From positions 175,398,001 to 175,462,000 of the forward strand of contig OX597817.1 of the NCBI GenBank assembly GCA_951406725.2: 64,000 nt of DNA. Reading direction: 5' to 3'. The notes under the pieces are model-generated. The model worked only from the letters and a program-made list of their open reading frames with translations. It searched no databases and was not told the origin of the DNA. Positions 26,555 to 40,091 of this stretch are shown here, one piece after another (the stretch's first letter is position 1; every line of letters starts with the position of its first letter). The position numbers and the translations under genes were made by a program. This DNA comes from Octopus vulgaris (lineage: Eukaryota).

Positions 26555-26751
26555 ATGACCAGAACTCGGGAAACTTGGTTTAGTGTTCTATGGTCTATGA
26601 CCAGAACTCGGGAAACTTGGTTGAGTGTTCTATGGTCTATGATCAGAACTCGGGAAACTTGCTTGACTGTTCTATGGTCTATGACCAGAAATCGGGAAAC
26701 TTGGTTGAGTGTTCTATGGTCTATGACCAGAACTTGGGAAACTTGGTTGAG
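26555..26751. repeat. 42-bp minisatellite, about 4.7 copies
   Basis: Unit atgaccagaactcgggaaacttggttgagtgttctatggtct at 26555, 26597, 26639, 26681 and 26723. Confidence 0.97.
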
Positions 26752-27440
26752 TCCTCATCTTATAAAATGTGGCCCCAGTAGACCCAAATGAAATCGGGTT
26801 ATATTAACCAAAAGGTGAAAAGGGGTATAAATGGGGCTGGAAGGGGATTAAAATTTAAAGGAGCGGGTGTTTAGCAATTCTCTGTTACATCAAGCTAAAA
26901 AATTTACGCCAGCCTTTTAATCGTCAATGTGTTGCCGTCCATGATGAAGAAGTTTTGAATGCTTGCCATCGTGAGTCTACTGTCGTGAGAAAGAATCAAG
27001 TCAAAACTTGGTTTTTAGGGATTTTCTTTTACATCAAGTTCAAAATTTTACGCCAGCCGTTGAACTGTCAATACGCTGCTGTCCGTCGTTAAGAAATGCC
27101 AGCCATGGTGACTCTACTATCCTCAAATTCTATCCCTTCAAACTTTGGTTTCCAATATTTTATTATTTTTATTCAGCTCGCAAGTTCGTCTGTCCCTTTT
27201 AAATGTTAGTGTTTTGCTGTCTGTCTTGAAGCAGACCTTTCCTTTGTAACTGCCTGATATTTATGATTGATCTTTCTAAATATTTTATTTCTCAACTTAC
27301 TCAAGATCTTTTGTTGTTTATAAATGGGAGAGAGATACATAAATATAGAGAGTAAGAGAAAGCGAGGGAGAGTCCGAGAGAAAGGAAGAGTAAGAGAGTG
27401 GGAAAGTGAGAGAGAAAGGAGAAAGAAACAAAGAGGGAGA

Positions 27441-27752
27441 ATCATCATCATCATCATCATCGTTTAATGTCCGTTTTCCGTGCTAGCACGGGTTGGACAG
27501 TTTGACAGGGGTCTGGGAAGCCAGGAGGCTGCACCAGGCTCCATTCTGATCTGGCAGTGTTTCGACAGGTGGATGCCCTTCCTAACGCCAACCACTCTGT
27601 GAGCGTAGTGGGTGCTTTTTTCGTGCCGCCTGCACAGGTGCCAGGGGGCTGGCAGCGGCCACGATCGGTTGGTGCTTTTTACGTGCCACCAGCACAGAAG
27701 CCAGTCAAGGCGGCGCTGCAATCCGCCACATTCGGATGGTGCTTTTTACGTG
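27441..27752 (-). mobile_element. SINE family E with RTE-like 3' end and (GAT)n tail
   Basis: ggatgcccttcctaacgccaacc, internal ggtgctttttacgtgcc subrepeats and an (atc)n tail. Related copies at 29540-29690 and 30340-30790. Confidence 0.7.
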
Positions 27753-27820
27753 CTGAAAGGAAGCAACAGAAAGTAACAACCACACTCATACCCGCGCGTA
27801 GAGCGGGTCACCTTCAGCTA

Positions 27821-27864
<44 letters not shown>

Positions 27865-28104
27865 TTGTGACTAAGGGTGCATATTAGCACTAGCATTGCT
27901 AGAAATACGATTCAAGACGGACAAGCACTTATCTACTAACTGAAAAGTGACTGTAGGGCGCTTGTCTCCCTTGTCAGTCATTAGATAAGCGCTTACTCGT
28001 GGCTGCTTCTTATTTCTGATGCTAATATGGACCCTTATTGACGTTTGTACTTGTGCCTCTTGGTTGTAAATTGCGAATAGAAACATTAATAATAGGAGAA
28101 AGAA

Positions 28105-28875
<771 letters not shown>

Positions 28876-29029
28876 TATATATATATATATATATATATAT
28901 TTAGAAGCAGAAATATCCGGCGTTGCTCGGGTTAAAGAGAATAATGAAATTTAAAAACGCCGTCTAGATTATGCAGGTCTCAACTTCTAGTAGCCGAGAT
29001 ACCAACTTTCTACGTTAATAACTCTTCAA

Positions 29030-29120
29030 GACACCTTGGGTAAGTGTCTTCTACTATAGCCTCGGGCTGACCAAAGCCTTGTGAGTGGATTTGGTAGACG
29101 GAAACTGAAAGAAGCCCATC

Positions 29121-29205
<85 letters not shown>

Positions 29206-29510
29206 TGCGTCTGTGTTTGTCCCCCTAACATCGCTTAACAACCGATGCTGGTGTGTTTACGTTCCTGTAACTTAGTGGTTCAGCAAAAGAAAGACCGATA
29301 GAATAAGTACAAGGGTTACAAAGTATAAGTCCTGGGGTCGATTTTCTCGACTAAAAGCGGTGCTCCAGCATGGCCACATTCAAATGACTGAAACCAGTAA
29401 AAGAGTAAAAGAGTAAAGAGTTAATTCAATTTAATAAAGAATACTCTTCGAGGTGGTGCCCCAGCATGGCCACAGTGTAATGACTGAGACAAGTAAAAGA
29501 CAAAAGATAT
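29030..29510 (+). mobile_element. SINE family B (5'-truncated) plus an extra 3' fragment
   Basis: Diagnostic blocks present. Confidence 0.88.
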
Positions 29511-30051
29511 TGTCATATCATGTTATATTCTGTAAAGTGTTTGGCATTAGGAAGGACACCCAACTGTAGAAACTATGTCGAAGCCGACAGAAGAGCTTCA
29601 TGCAGCCTTCTGGTTTACAGGTCGTCAAACCATCCAACCCATGAAAAAATGGTCGTTAAATGATGATGATGATGACGATGATGATGATTTTTATGTTATG
29701 AATATAATCCCCAATGGGGTGGGTATGGGGTGTTTTGGCACAGTTCTTTTGGTGCCACTTATTTGGCATCACTGATTCAACACTGATTTATTTGACATCA
29801 GATATTTTAATGCTTCGTTTTTTTTTTTGCGGCGGGGGGCGTTTCTCTAATTCTCTCGCTCCCTCTCTCCCCTTCTATTTGTTTGTTTGTCTATCTGTCT
29901 GTCTTTGCCTGTCACTGTCTGTCTGTCTGTCTGCCTGTCTCTCTATTTTATGTGTGTGAACACATTCCTTATTTTGTGTATAAAGAAAGGGCAACTGCTT
30001 ATGCCAACTGTGTCCAGTTAATACATTGCAATCTCTCTCTCTTTCTCTTTG

Positions 30052-30122
<71 letters not shown>

Positions 30123-30354
30123 TTCTATCACTCTCCCATTAACTTTGTGTGTGTGTTTGACTCTTGTTCACAAAAAGTACTGTTGTTCTATGTCCAGTTA
30201 ATCGTGCTAAATGACCAGCGTCCAAACAGCTGTGCCTAATCATTTCATTCCACAATAGGGTTCATTTAATTTTCATACTTTCTGAGTTTATAAAATAAGT
30301 AGCAGAGGAGTAGTGGACCAACCTAATAGATTATATTCATCTAACCTGGTGGTG

Positions 30355-30662
30355 CTTAAAAGGCACCCGTGCCAATGACTCACAAAAGGCACCTGTGCCA
30401 GAGACATGTAACAAGTACCTGTGCCAGTTATACATAAAATACACTAATGCCAGTGACACATAAAAGGCCTCCTTACCAATTATGTGCAACAAGCACCTGT
30501 GCAGTGATACATAAAAGACACCCATAACGTTAACAAATAGCAAGCACCTGTACTAATGACATGTAACAGGCACCTGTACTGGTGAAACACATAAAAGGCA
30601 CCCATGCCAGTGACAAATAAAAGGCACCCGTGCTAGTGACATGTAAAAGACACCCTGTACAC
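30355..30662. repeat. Degenerate minisatellite of about 27-30 bp inside SINE family E
   Basis: About 10 copies of aaaggcacc(c/t)gtgccagtgacacata-like units. Confidence 0.8.
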
Positions 30663-30802
30663 TCTAGGCAGTGGTTGATGTTAGGAAGAGCATCTAGCAA
30701 CAGAAACCAAGCCAAAACTGGTGCAGCTCTCTGGCTTACTAGTTCCAGTTGAACCATCTAACCCATGGAAAACATTATGACGTTGATGAGATGATGATGA
30801 TT

Positions 30803-30835
<33 letters not shown>

Positions 30836-31429
30836 GTGATGGTGATGATAATGATGATGATAGTGATGGTGATGATAATAATGGTGATCATTACATTTTA
30901 TTCCTCAAAATTGCTGGTCATTTTCCCTATATTAAAAATTATTATATTTGCTCTATGCTTTCTTTGTTCAAAGTCTTGCTATGACCTACTCAGTTGACAG
31001 TTTTAGCCCAGCACCCAGTTTAACACTACAACTGGTATTCGGTGCCTTTAGTTGAATCTACTCTGATGTAAGCATTTAAATGAAGTTTCTGGTTCTATAA
31101 TACTGTCCTCCTTCCCTTCCACGTGTGTTAGAATCCCTGTAATGGGTCATAGATATTGCCTTACTTCTAATTAAAAAAAAAGAAAGAAATCTTTTATCTT
31201 AAACTTGTTTCACTCACTAGACTGTGACCATGCTGGGGCACATTCTTGAATCGTGTTAGTCAAATTAACCGCAGAATTTAATGATTTAAAATAAAAAACC
31301 TGCTTCTTATTCTATCTGTCTCTTATTCTGAACAACTAAGTTACAAGGACATAAACAAACCAACACTGGTTTTCAAGTGGTAGTGAGGAGAAAAACACAA
31401 ACACAAAGACACACACACAACCACACACA

Positions 31430-32185
31430 CATTTTCGGTCAAAATTTTCAAAAAATTGTTGGTGAAAATTTTCGAAAAATTTTTGGTGAAACTTTTCGAA
31501 AAATTTTTGGTGAAAATTTTCGAAAAATTTTTGGGTAAAATTTTGGGTGAAACTTTTCGAAAAATTTTTAGGTAAAATTTTGGGTGAAAATTTTCGAAAA
31601 ATTTTTGGTGAAAATTTTCGAAAAATTTTTGGGTAAAATATTTGGTGAAAATTTTCGAAAAATTTTTGGGTAAAATTTTCGGTGAACATTTTCGGTGAAA
31701 ATTTTTTCGAAAAATTTTTGGTGAAAGTTTCCTGTAAAAATTTTCGAAAAATTTTTGGTGAAAGTTTTCTGTAAAAATTGTCGGAATAATTTTTGGTGAA
31801 AATTTTCTGTGAAAATTTTGGAAAAATTCTTGGGGAAAATTTACGAAAAATTTTTGGTGAAAATTTTCGAAAAATTTTTGGGTAAAATTTTGGGTGAAAC
31901 TTTTCGAAAAATTTTTAGGTAAAATTTTGGGTGAAAATTTTCGAAAAATTTTTGGTGAAAATTTTCGAAAAATTTTTGGGTAAAATATTTGGTGAAAATT
32001 TTCGAAAAATTTTTGGGTAAAGTTTTCGGTGAACATTTTCGGTGAAAATTTTTTCGAAAAATTTTTGGTGAAAGTTTCCTGTAAAAATTTTCGAAAAATT
32101 TTTGGGTAAAATTTTCGAAAAATTTTTGGTGAAAGTTTTCTGTAAAAATTGTCGGAATAATTTTTGGTGAAAATTTTCTGTGAAA
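31430..32185. repeat. Tandem array of about 12/24-bp units (aaaattttcgaaaaatttttggtg) with a higher-order duplication of about 350-370 bp
   Basis: Landmarks ggtgaacattttc at 31681 and 32028, and tcggaataa at 31781 and 32152. Confidence 0.93.
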
Positions 32186-32331
32186 TAATTCAATCACGAC
32201 ATATATTTAAATTCAACATGGATGAATTGAAATATTATTTTTTCAGTATTTTATAAGGTAAAATCTTAAATTATTAATTGACACATTATTACTTATCTTA
32301 TAACAGCAATGTCTGGAAAAATCATGGATTA

Positions 32332-32828
32332 CATGGAAAAATGCAAGCATCAAAAATAAGATTCTTAAGATTATAAACCCGGAAAAGTACAGGACAAGTT
32401 ATTACACCTGTAAGAGTATAGGACAAGCTATTACTTCTAGTATAAGAAACTTTTTACTTAAAATATTGCAGCTAAAATTAAAATTTGAATATTAAAAATT
32501 ATTTTATTATAGTTTTCAAATAACACTATACATATTTAAGTACAATTTGGCTACTTTACTACTTTAAATACAGAAAATAGCGACTAATTAGAAAAACTTG
32601 CAAATTAGCCGAACAGTTTTGCGCAATAAAAGATGAGAACTCTAAAGAGTGATAAATTAGAAGAACTGGCATTCTTTGCTGCAATATTTTTAGTAAAAAG
32701 TATCTTATTCTTTATTTTACTTGAAGTAGTAGTTCGTCCTATACGTTTACAGGTGTCATAACTTGTCCCGTACTTTTCCAGGTTTATAATCTTAAGAATA
32801 TTACTTTTCATGCTTGCATTTTTCCATG
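32332..32828. mobile_element. TA-flanked MITE with about 140-150-bp TIRs
   Basis: ta|catggaaaaatgcaagcat...aatattgcagc (32332-32472) mirrored by gctgcaatatt...atgcttgcatttttccatg|ta (32678-32828). Confidence 0.8.
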
Positions 32829-32919
32829 TATATATATATAAATACATGACAGTACATGAAGTTTGTTTAAAAAAAAGGGGATCATGTATATAGCTCCTGG
32901 CTGTTGAAATTATAACACC

Positions 32920-35450
32920 TCGTTGTAAACAATGTTCCTTGTTTTTCCTTGTGGAGCATATACAAAAAGGTTTCTTTTGGTTCCTACTCTTGAGCAGCCA
33001 ACATACAGTTGCCCATGCGAGAAGCAAGAGAAGACCAGCTACAGAGAGGGTTTGACCCTGAGATTTGTTAATGGACATGGCAGAGCTGACACGAAGGGGG
33101 AATTGCAGTCTTCTGAATGTAAATGGAATTTCTGCTCCTGATGGAGTAAGATGAATTCTTGGAATAAAGACGTCATCACCTTTTCCACATCCAGAAAGAA
33201 TGATCGCCTCGATAACGTGTGACATCATTTTCTTTATCACCAGTCGTGTTCCATTGCAAAGTCTTGGTGGTTCCAGTTTGCGGAGTAGCATTACAGGAGT
33301 TCCAACTTTAAGTGCTAATATGTGTGGAGGTAGTCCAGGAGGCTCCAGTGAATTGAGAAATTCAGGAGGATAGTTCACAACTCCATTTATATCTGGAATT
33401 GTATCAACAGATTTGTAAGTGTGTATAGTGCTGGGAAGAGAATGCATTAGCTGTTGATTAATTTTGTTAACAGCGACGTTTTTGGGAGCTAGTATTGCTC
33501 TTTCACACAGCCAATTGTGATTTTGGTAGTTTTGTGTGAAGTTGGGAAAGACTTCGTTTTTGAGGTCATCTACAGAATTAACAACAGAGGAAAATGACCA
33601 CACTTCCATTTGTCCTGCAGCATCGAGAGGCATCGCCTTCACCAAGTGTCAAAATGTCCTGTGCAAACTTTGTGGACATTTCGTCGCCGTGTAGCTGAGC
33701 TCTCATGTTAGTGGTGAGACTGAGGATTGTAACATGATGCCACAGGGTAGAGGACTTTAGGCATGCTTGGACTTCATCTGCTCTAGTGCCTTTCGGAATG
33801 ACAGGAAGAGCTTGCCTGAAATCACCTGACAACAGAAGTGTTACACTTCCCATTGGTGCCTGACAGTCTCGGATATCTTTCAGGGCTCTATCTAATGCTT
33901 CCAAAGCTCCCTTGTGAGCCATAGTGCACTCATCCCAGACAATTAGATGACACATTTTAAGTACTTGTCCCTGATCTGAGCTTTTGTTGATGTTGCATGA
34001 AGGCATTTCGGATGCTGCTAAATTGAGAGGGAGTTTAAAAGTTGAGTGTGCTGTCCTGCCACCAGGTAACAAAGTAGCTGCAATGCCAGAGGAGGCTACA
34101 GCTACTGCAATGTCCTGATGCTACCTAACTTCTGCAAGGAGAAGCTTTGTAATAAATGTTTTTCCTGTCTCCCCAGGAACACCGAGGAGGAAGATTCGTC
34201 CCTCACGTTGGCGTACACTGTTAAGAATAGTTCTGTAGGCCTGCAGCTGGTCCGGAAGTAATTTAGGCTCATTTTCAACAATGTACATTGAAAGCGCTTG
34301 AGTGTCGTAGGTTGTTTCACGAATGACAGCAGTGGGAAGGCTATTTGACTCTGACCTGAATGCTTGTGGCAGGCCATACGTCGACAATTCATTTCCACCC
34401 AGTTTAGCAATTCTGTCTTCAATGTCAATGAGTGTTTTGTTATATATTTCATTGTTGATACCCTCCATGTCAGGATAGAGTAGTTGAGCTTGGCGCTGAA
34501 AGTCTTCAGCCAGGTTGTCTCTATATTTGAGCCATAGAGTGGCCGGATCACAAAGTTCGCATGCCTGAAGTAATACTGCAAATAGTGCCCTGAGACTTTT
34601 AGGTGATTGTAATAAAGCAGCCTCTCCTAAAGTTGTATCCCATTGTGCACCATCTTCTAACAGACCTTGTCGATAGCAGGCTTCTCTGTATGTTGTGCAG
34701 ACATGTCCATGAACGGTTTTTAGGGCCTGGAAAGACGTTGGCCCTCTGACCTCATGCAGTAGTAGACGAAGGTAGAAGCACTGTTGTTGAGTGGAATGCA
34801 CTGTGTATACTCGCCCAAAGCAAGTGTGAAACTTAATGCCAGGGTATCCATGAACATTTTGATTTGCTTTCCGTGGGGCCCATTTTTTTCCAAGTGTAGT
34901 ACGATGAAATCTGTGGATACAGCAAGGTTTGAGCGAATGGATCCACTTGACAAAGCTTGAAGAATGCAGTGAGTGTGCTATCCCTTGGTTCCTCTGGCAA
35001 CAGAGAAGCATTAGTATCGGTGAAGTACACTCTTTGACCATTTTCCAGGTGCACTGCAAGCTGTTGAATGGCGGGGTGTCGTTGGTGAATTGGAAAGCCA
35101 AAGATGCGCCAGAAAGCCTCGTTGCTACTTATGTACCGTCCCACCTGATAATGCGTCACCTCATCCTGGCAGTATTCTTGTTGAAGTCCAAACATTGCAG
35201 CGTCAGAACCCTTGTTTACATATTTGCAAACGTACTTGATGGATTTAACGGAGTTGCAAAACTCAACGTTGATGTGGGCATTGAAAGTCTTTGACAGGAA
35301 TGGGCAGTATGGAACAATCCATCTATTATCAATGTCGTGCTGCCCGATCTTGTCCTCCCTCTTGTATAGAAGTGTACGGCTGCAGTGAAATTAATTTTTG
35401 GACTTTCTTCTATCGAAGGCATTTTAACAAAAATGCTTCCGTAAAGACGG
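32920..35450 (-). pseudogene. Helitron RepHel relic (Rep C-terminus plus Pif1 helicase) with multiple frameshifts
   Basis: AHINVEFCNSVKSIKYVCKYVNKGSD (Rep YxxKY motif), RYISSNEAFWRIF, YLRLLLHEVRGPTSF, GETGKTF, GGRTAHSTFKLP, WDECTM, GDFRQALPV, LCNGTRL, QFPLRVSSAMSINKSQGQTL. Confidence 0.95.
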
Positions 35451-36111
35451 TGAAAATATTGTCAATTTCCCCAAACAGGGACACAATTCAATTTTTAAAC
35501 AATAACCAAAGACCCTTCTCTGAAAGGGGGAGGGTTACGGTTTACAATTATTTAACAAATGCAACACAACAACGTTTCCCTGACGAGGAACCAACAAACG
35601 TGATTACAATAGTCAAACAGTAATAATAATAACAAACCTTTTTAATTTATCCTCATTTACGTGAAACCACTTATTCAAGTTCAAGTCATTGATGCAATTT
35701 TATACGAATTGCTAATACACACACACACACACATAATAAGGATGAAAAATTGAATATTAATTTGATTAATATGAATTGAAAACCAGTGGTGTAGCATATA
35801 AGACCACAACGGATCTTCTTCTAGCAAAAAGGATGACCATTGTTAATGGTTCATCCCTGTTATATAATACTTTCACTTTAATCACTTTAAGTAAAAGTGT
35901 CTGCATTACAAAAGAGAGATGTTTTTGTTTCACTTTTAACACATAATACTGAAATAGTGGAGAAAATATATTGCTGTGGGGTCGCCCTAGGGAAAAAGTT
36001 AAGTAAGGCATGTGTAAAATTTGAATGAAATTGGTTGTGTACTTCTCAAGTTTTAGGGAAACACACAGACAGAAAGACAGACACACATTCTCAGTTTTAT
36101 ATATATAGAGA
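35451..36111 (-). mobile_element. Helitron 5' terminal region
   Basis: Minus strand reads a|TCTCTATATATATAAAACTGAGAATGTGTGTCTGTC from 36111, a Helitron-style TC start after an A, upstream of the RepHel relic. Confidence 0.65.
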
Positions 36112-36124
36112 TTATTATTGAGTT

Positions 36125-36668
36125 AATGAGAGAGCAGTGCATGTCATCAAAATGATACTGGGTAAAATATGCGAAACCCAGTATACCCACCATGACTACC
36201 CGTCTGACAAGGGTACACCAGGAACATGCATCATAACCATATGTGCGCGACATGGTGATCTCATATCAAGATAAACAGGGCATGACCTTGCAGGTGGGCC
36301 CAATTAGAATTTTCTTCAGGTCGAGCTGCCTATCCCACTCAAAAGGTCCCTGAAAAAGGGTTGTTTAAGGATGTTAAACGAAACACTCATGTTTCCAGAG
36401 GTGAATTATCCAAACCCCCAAAGAATTTCTCTCAACACATGGCTATGATGCTTCCCCACTATTTCTGTTCCTTATTAGAGATACGCATATCTTCAGCCAC
36501 TAAAGGACATGCTCAACTGGGTAAGGTCAAGCAACTGACAAGTAAATCTGTGGTATTGAGCAGAATATTTGCTGTAGCCCGTTTTTTATACCAAGACAAA
36601 ACAATGTACGTGATAACACTTCCAGTCAGCTAAGATCAGAAGCCATGAGAGCCACTGCTTAGTACTGC
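36125..36668 (+). mobile_element. Interspersed repeat of about 540 bp, unclassified
   Basis: Close reverse-complement copy at 63466-64000. The strand label is arbitrary. Confidence 0.85.
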
Positions 36669-36726
36669 TATTATTGTTGTCATCATCATCATCATCATCA
36701 TCATTATGTAATATTGGTTTTCTTCG

Positions 36727-37110
36727 TACTGTTGTTCAGTTTCTCTTTGCATTCCCGTATATGCACACACTCACACACATACACGTACACATGCAAATAC
36801 TCATACTGATATATACATACATATATACATACATGCATACACACATGAATATATACATGCACTCATGCGTAGATACATGCATGCATATATACATACCTGC
36901 GTACGTATATGCATTCATTCAAGAGTACGTACAACATACAAACATGCATAATGCACATGCATGTATATATATATACTGTTGTACAGTTTCTCTTTGCATT
37001 CCCGTATATGCAAACACTCACACACACGTACACACATATATATTCATACACATGTATACATACATATATTCATACATGCATACACACATGAATATATACA
37101 TACACTCATG

Positions 37111-37115
<5 letters not shown>
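36727..37115. repeat. Local tandem duplication (period about 247 bp) in CA/TA-rich DNA
   Basis: tactgttgt.cagtttctctttgcattcccgtatatgca at 36727 and 36974. Confidence 0.85.
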
Positions 37116-37186
<71 letters not shown>

Positions 37187-38393
37187 CACATATACACGCA
37201 TATGTATGCATGTATATATGTATGTATGTTTGTATGTATATATGCGTGTGTGTATGCATGTGCGTCATATGTACATATACATACACGCACCCACATATGC
37301 TGGTGATTCCTTAGTTTTTTTCCTACTGTTCTCTTGTGTATATCTGCATACGAAGGCTGTGAATATATTATCTCAGCAAAATGCTGTCGTGATTGTTTAA
37401 TGTACGTATACACCCATACAGGTGTGTTTAATGTACGTATACACCCATACAGGTGGTTCTAATTTATGCAAATAAATTCGATTAATGTTTCATAGGGAAA
37501 ATAAAAAAGGAAATAAATATCAAGTATTTTTACCAAAGAATGAAAAAGATGAAAGAATTCAAGATGGTTTGGAACCTAATGGTTGTGTATAAAGAGACTG
37601 AATTGAAACATAGAAAAGATTCTTTGAGTTTTACTCGATATATCAAAGGCGATCACTTCGTAGGAGGGGAAAAAGAAATACCTGATGGAAAAATATATAG
37701 TTGTTGGCAAAATTGAATAAAATTTCAAATTTTATTGTTGTTGTGGTCTGTGGTAATAAAGAAATTTTTTGCTGAGAATAATTTATTCTAATATTGGCAA
37801 TTAACGTCATTGCTAAATATTGGAAAACATTTCAGAATAAAATACCGTTATGTATAACATTTATAACGCATATGTATACCATATATAAGTGGAACGGCAT
37901 CAGGTATAATATTTTATCGTAGAGAAACATCTTAGAGACACGTCTGTGTCTCTTAAGAAAGCAGGGCTTCGCCCCGCTAGTGCCGTCCCTCGCTTTACAC
38001 GTTTACTCTTTTACTTGTTCCAGCCATTTGACTACGGCCACGCTGGAGCACCACCTTATAGGGTTTTAGTCGAACAAATTAACTATTTCCCAGCAGCTTC
38101 TCGTCGCTGACGCCACCAAAGGGGAACAATATTATTGTTAAAGGTGTGAAATTGATACGATCCTTTGGACAATAACTGTTGAGGAATTAGCGACTTTTTA
38201 AGTATTTTTCTTTTTATTCTTTTTGTTTGTACTCTATACAATTTTAAAACATATTATTTAGTGTAACGTCAAGCACCTTCTTATTTTGTAAACATCCTGT
38301 TTACATACTTTTTTGTGCGACGTCTGTTTCTTCCCTCTTTTCTTCTTTTCTCTTCCTTTTGCCTCCTCTCTCTCTCTCGCTCTCTCGATACCT

Positions 38394-38467
<74 letters not shown>

Positions 38468-38839
38468 GCATATGTATAGTGAGAATTTACAAAAAAAATG
38501 TTTTAGTCATTGTACTGCGGCCATGCAGGGACACCACCTTGAAGGGTTTTTAGTCGAACATATCGATCTCAGTATTAATTTTTAAGTCTGGTATTTATTC
38601 TATCGTACCCATTTGTCGAATCGCTAAGTTATGGGAACGTGAACAAATCATTACAGGTTATGAAGTGGTGGAGGGAAACAAACTCAGTTACAAAGACACA
38701 CATATCGTTTGGTAAGAAGCATTCGTAATGTGTAACCGCTTTTAACCGTTTCCATCTTGTTAAGCACACGTGTTATAAAGCAATCCGTGTAGAAGTAATT
38801 ATTTCAGTTGCGCTGTTGACTAACTTGGCTTCGTTTAGG

Positions 38840-39040
38840 ATTAAGAATTCCATAAAGTATTCTTTTGCTTTTAGAAATCGATAATTTTCTTTCCTTATTT
38901 TTCATTTGCACAAATTCTAGAGGCTCACTTCATGAAACATTTCTAAAAGACAAATGCTTGATTTGTTGCTTATGTATCCTAATCCGATGAGTTAATTTTA
39001 GTCCTGTTTGGCTGATATAATTCTCATTGCAAGCTTCAGG
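38840..39040 (-). pseudogene. GIY-YIG endonuclease fragment, Penelope-like element type
   Basis: CNENYISQTGLKLTHRIRIHKQQI fits the PLE pattern C...YIGQT...L..R...H...I. The downstream RFLKAKEYF is in another frame. Confidence 0.65.
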
Positions 39041-40091
39041 TCGACTAAAGCCCTGTAAATAAAAGGGTTGATGGAGGTGTTGCAGACCACTTGGTGTATT
39101 GCACCAGTAATGCAAAGGCACGACCATGTCACACTGTGTGCCATACCGATTCTGATAGAGAATTACATTAATGGCACACATGTCTATGGAATACTCAGTC
39201 ACTTAGGTGCTAATTCAATGAACAGGTGTTCAGGTGTCTAGGTGAATATTCATCGTCGAAACTGACGGAGATTCCTTTTTTTATTTACTAATACTTAAGA
39301 GAAAATGGATGACAAGTTTCAAATACATTATATGGTTTCCAGTTTAAGCATAAAGCTAAAAAATTTAAGAGAAATAGTTGGCCCCATTACTTTTATCGAC
39401 CCTAAAAGGATGAAAGGCAAAGCTGGCTTTGACGGTATTTGAACTCAGAACATAAATACCGCCTGGGATTTTCCTGTGGTACTAATGATTTTGCAAGCTC
39501 ACCGCCTTTCAAAATACATTATATAAAAAGTGAATGATAAAAAGAAACGACATAAAAGGGATGAAGGAAACTAGGATTTCTACAGAAATATTGATGTCAG
39601 CAGCCTCACAGATGTAATAAGTAGCTGTCCACGAAGCACGAAGATGAAACAAGCGTTGCCTTCCTTACATCCTAACATGAAAGATTAAGCTTATTGATTT
39701 CCTAGAAGGACGGAAGACAGTTTTATTCTGATGGAACCGTAGTTTCATTTTGAAATCTTATCTATTCACCTACTTTTTCAAATATCTCTTATTTTAAAAT
39801 TTTATTTCTTTTCAGATTTTATCAGTTTTTGCATTATATTTAGTTTTCTAATAATAAAAATTTTAAGTATTTTTCATAATTATTGTTTTAGAATTTTATT
39901 TAGTTTCTTTATTTCATTTCATTGATTTTTAAGGTGCAATGACAAAAAAAAAAAAAGAAATGAAGAAAACTTGAGTGGCATTTGAACCCAGGGCGAAGAC
40001 TTTTGAAATATTAAAAGGTTACAGTGTTCTAACGAAGACAATCAATGCAACTTTAGCAGCGTTAGGTAACGTTCTGATTTGTCTACGCATA

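Larger units (their letters stand above)
25385..27821 (+). mobile_element. Probable non-autonomous Helitron
   Basis: 3' hairpin acccgc-gcgtaga-gcgggt (27790-27808) followed by CTAG|T (27818-27822). The 5' tatatataaaactga resembles the Helitron 5' end at 36111. Internal duplications and a minisatellite are present. The 5' boundary is uncertain. Confidence 0.6.

Noticed and set aside
26555-26751. CRISPR-like appearance of regular repeats
   Set aside because: Contiguous tandem units with no unique spacers, eukaryotic context, and no cas genes.
31336-32197. FFENFHQK-repeat ORFs up to 231 aa
   Set aside because: Artefact of the A/T-tract satellite; open in several frames.
32605-34072. Host PIF1 helicase gene
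   Set aside because: Intronless, frameshifted and fused to Helitron Rep motifs, so it is transposon-derived.
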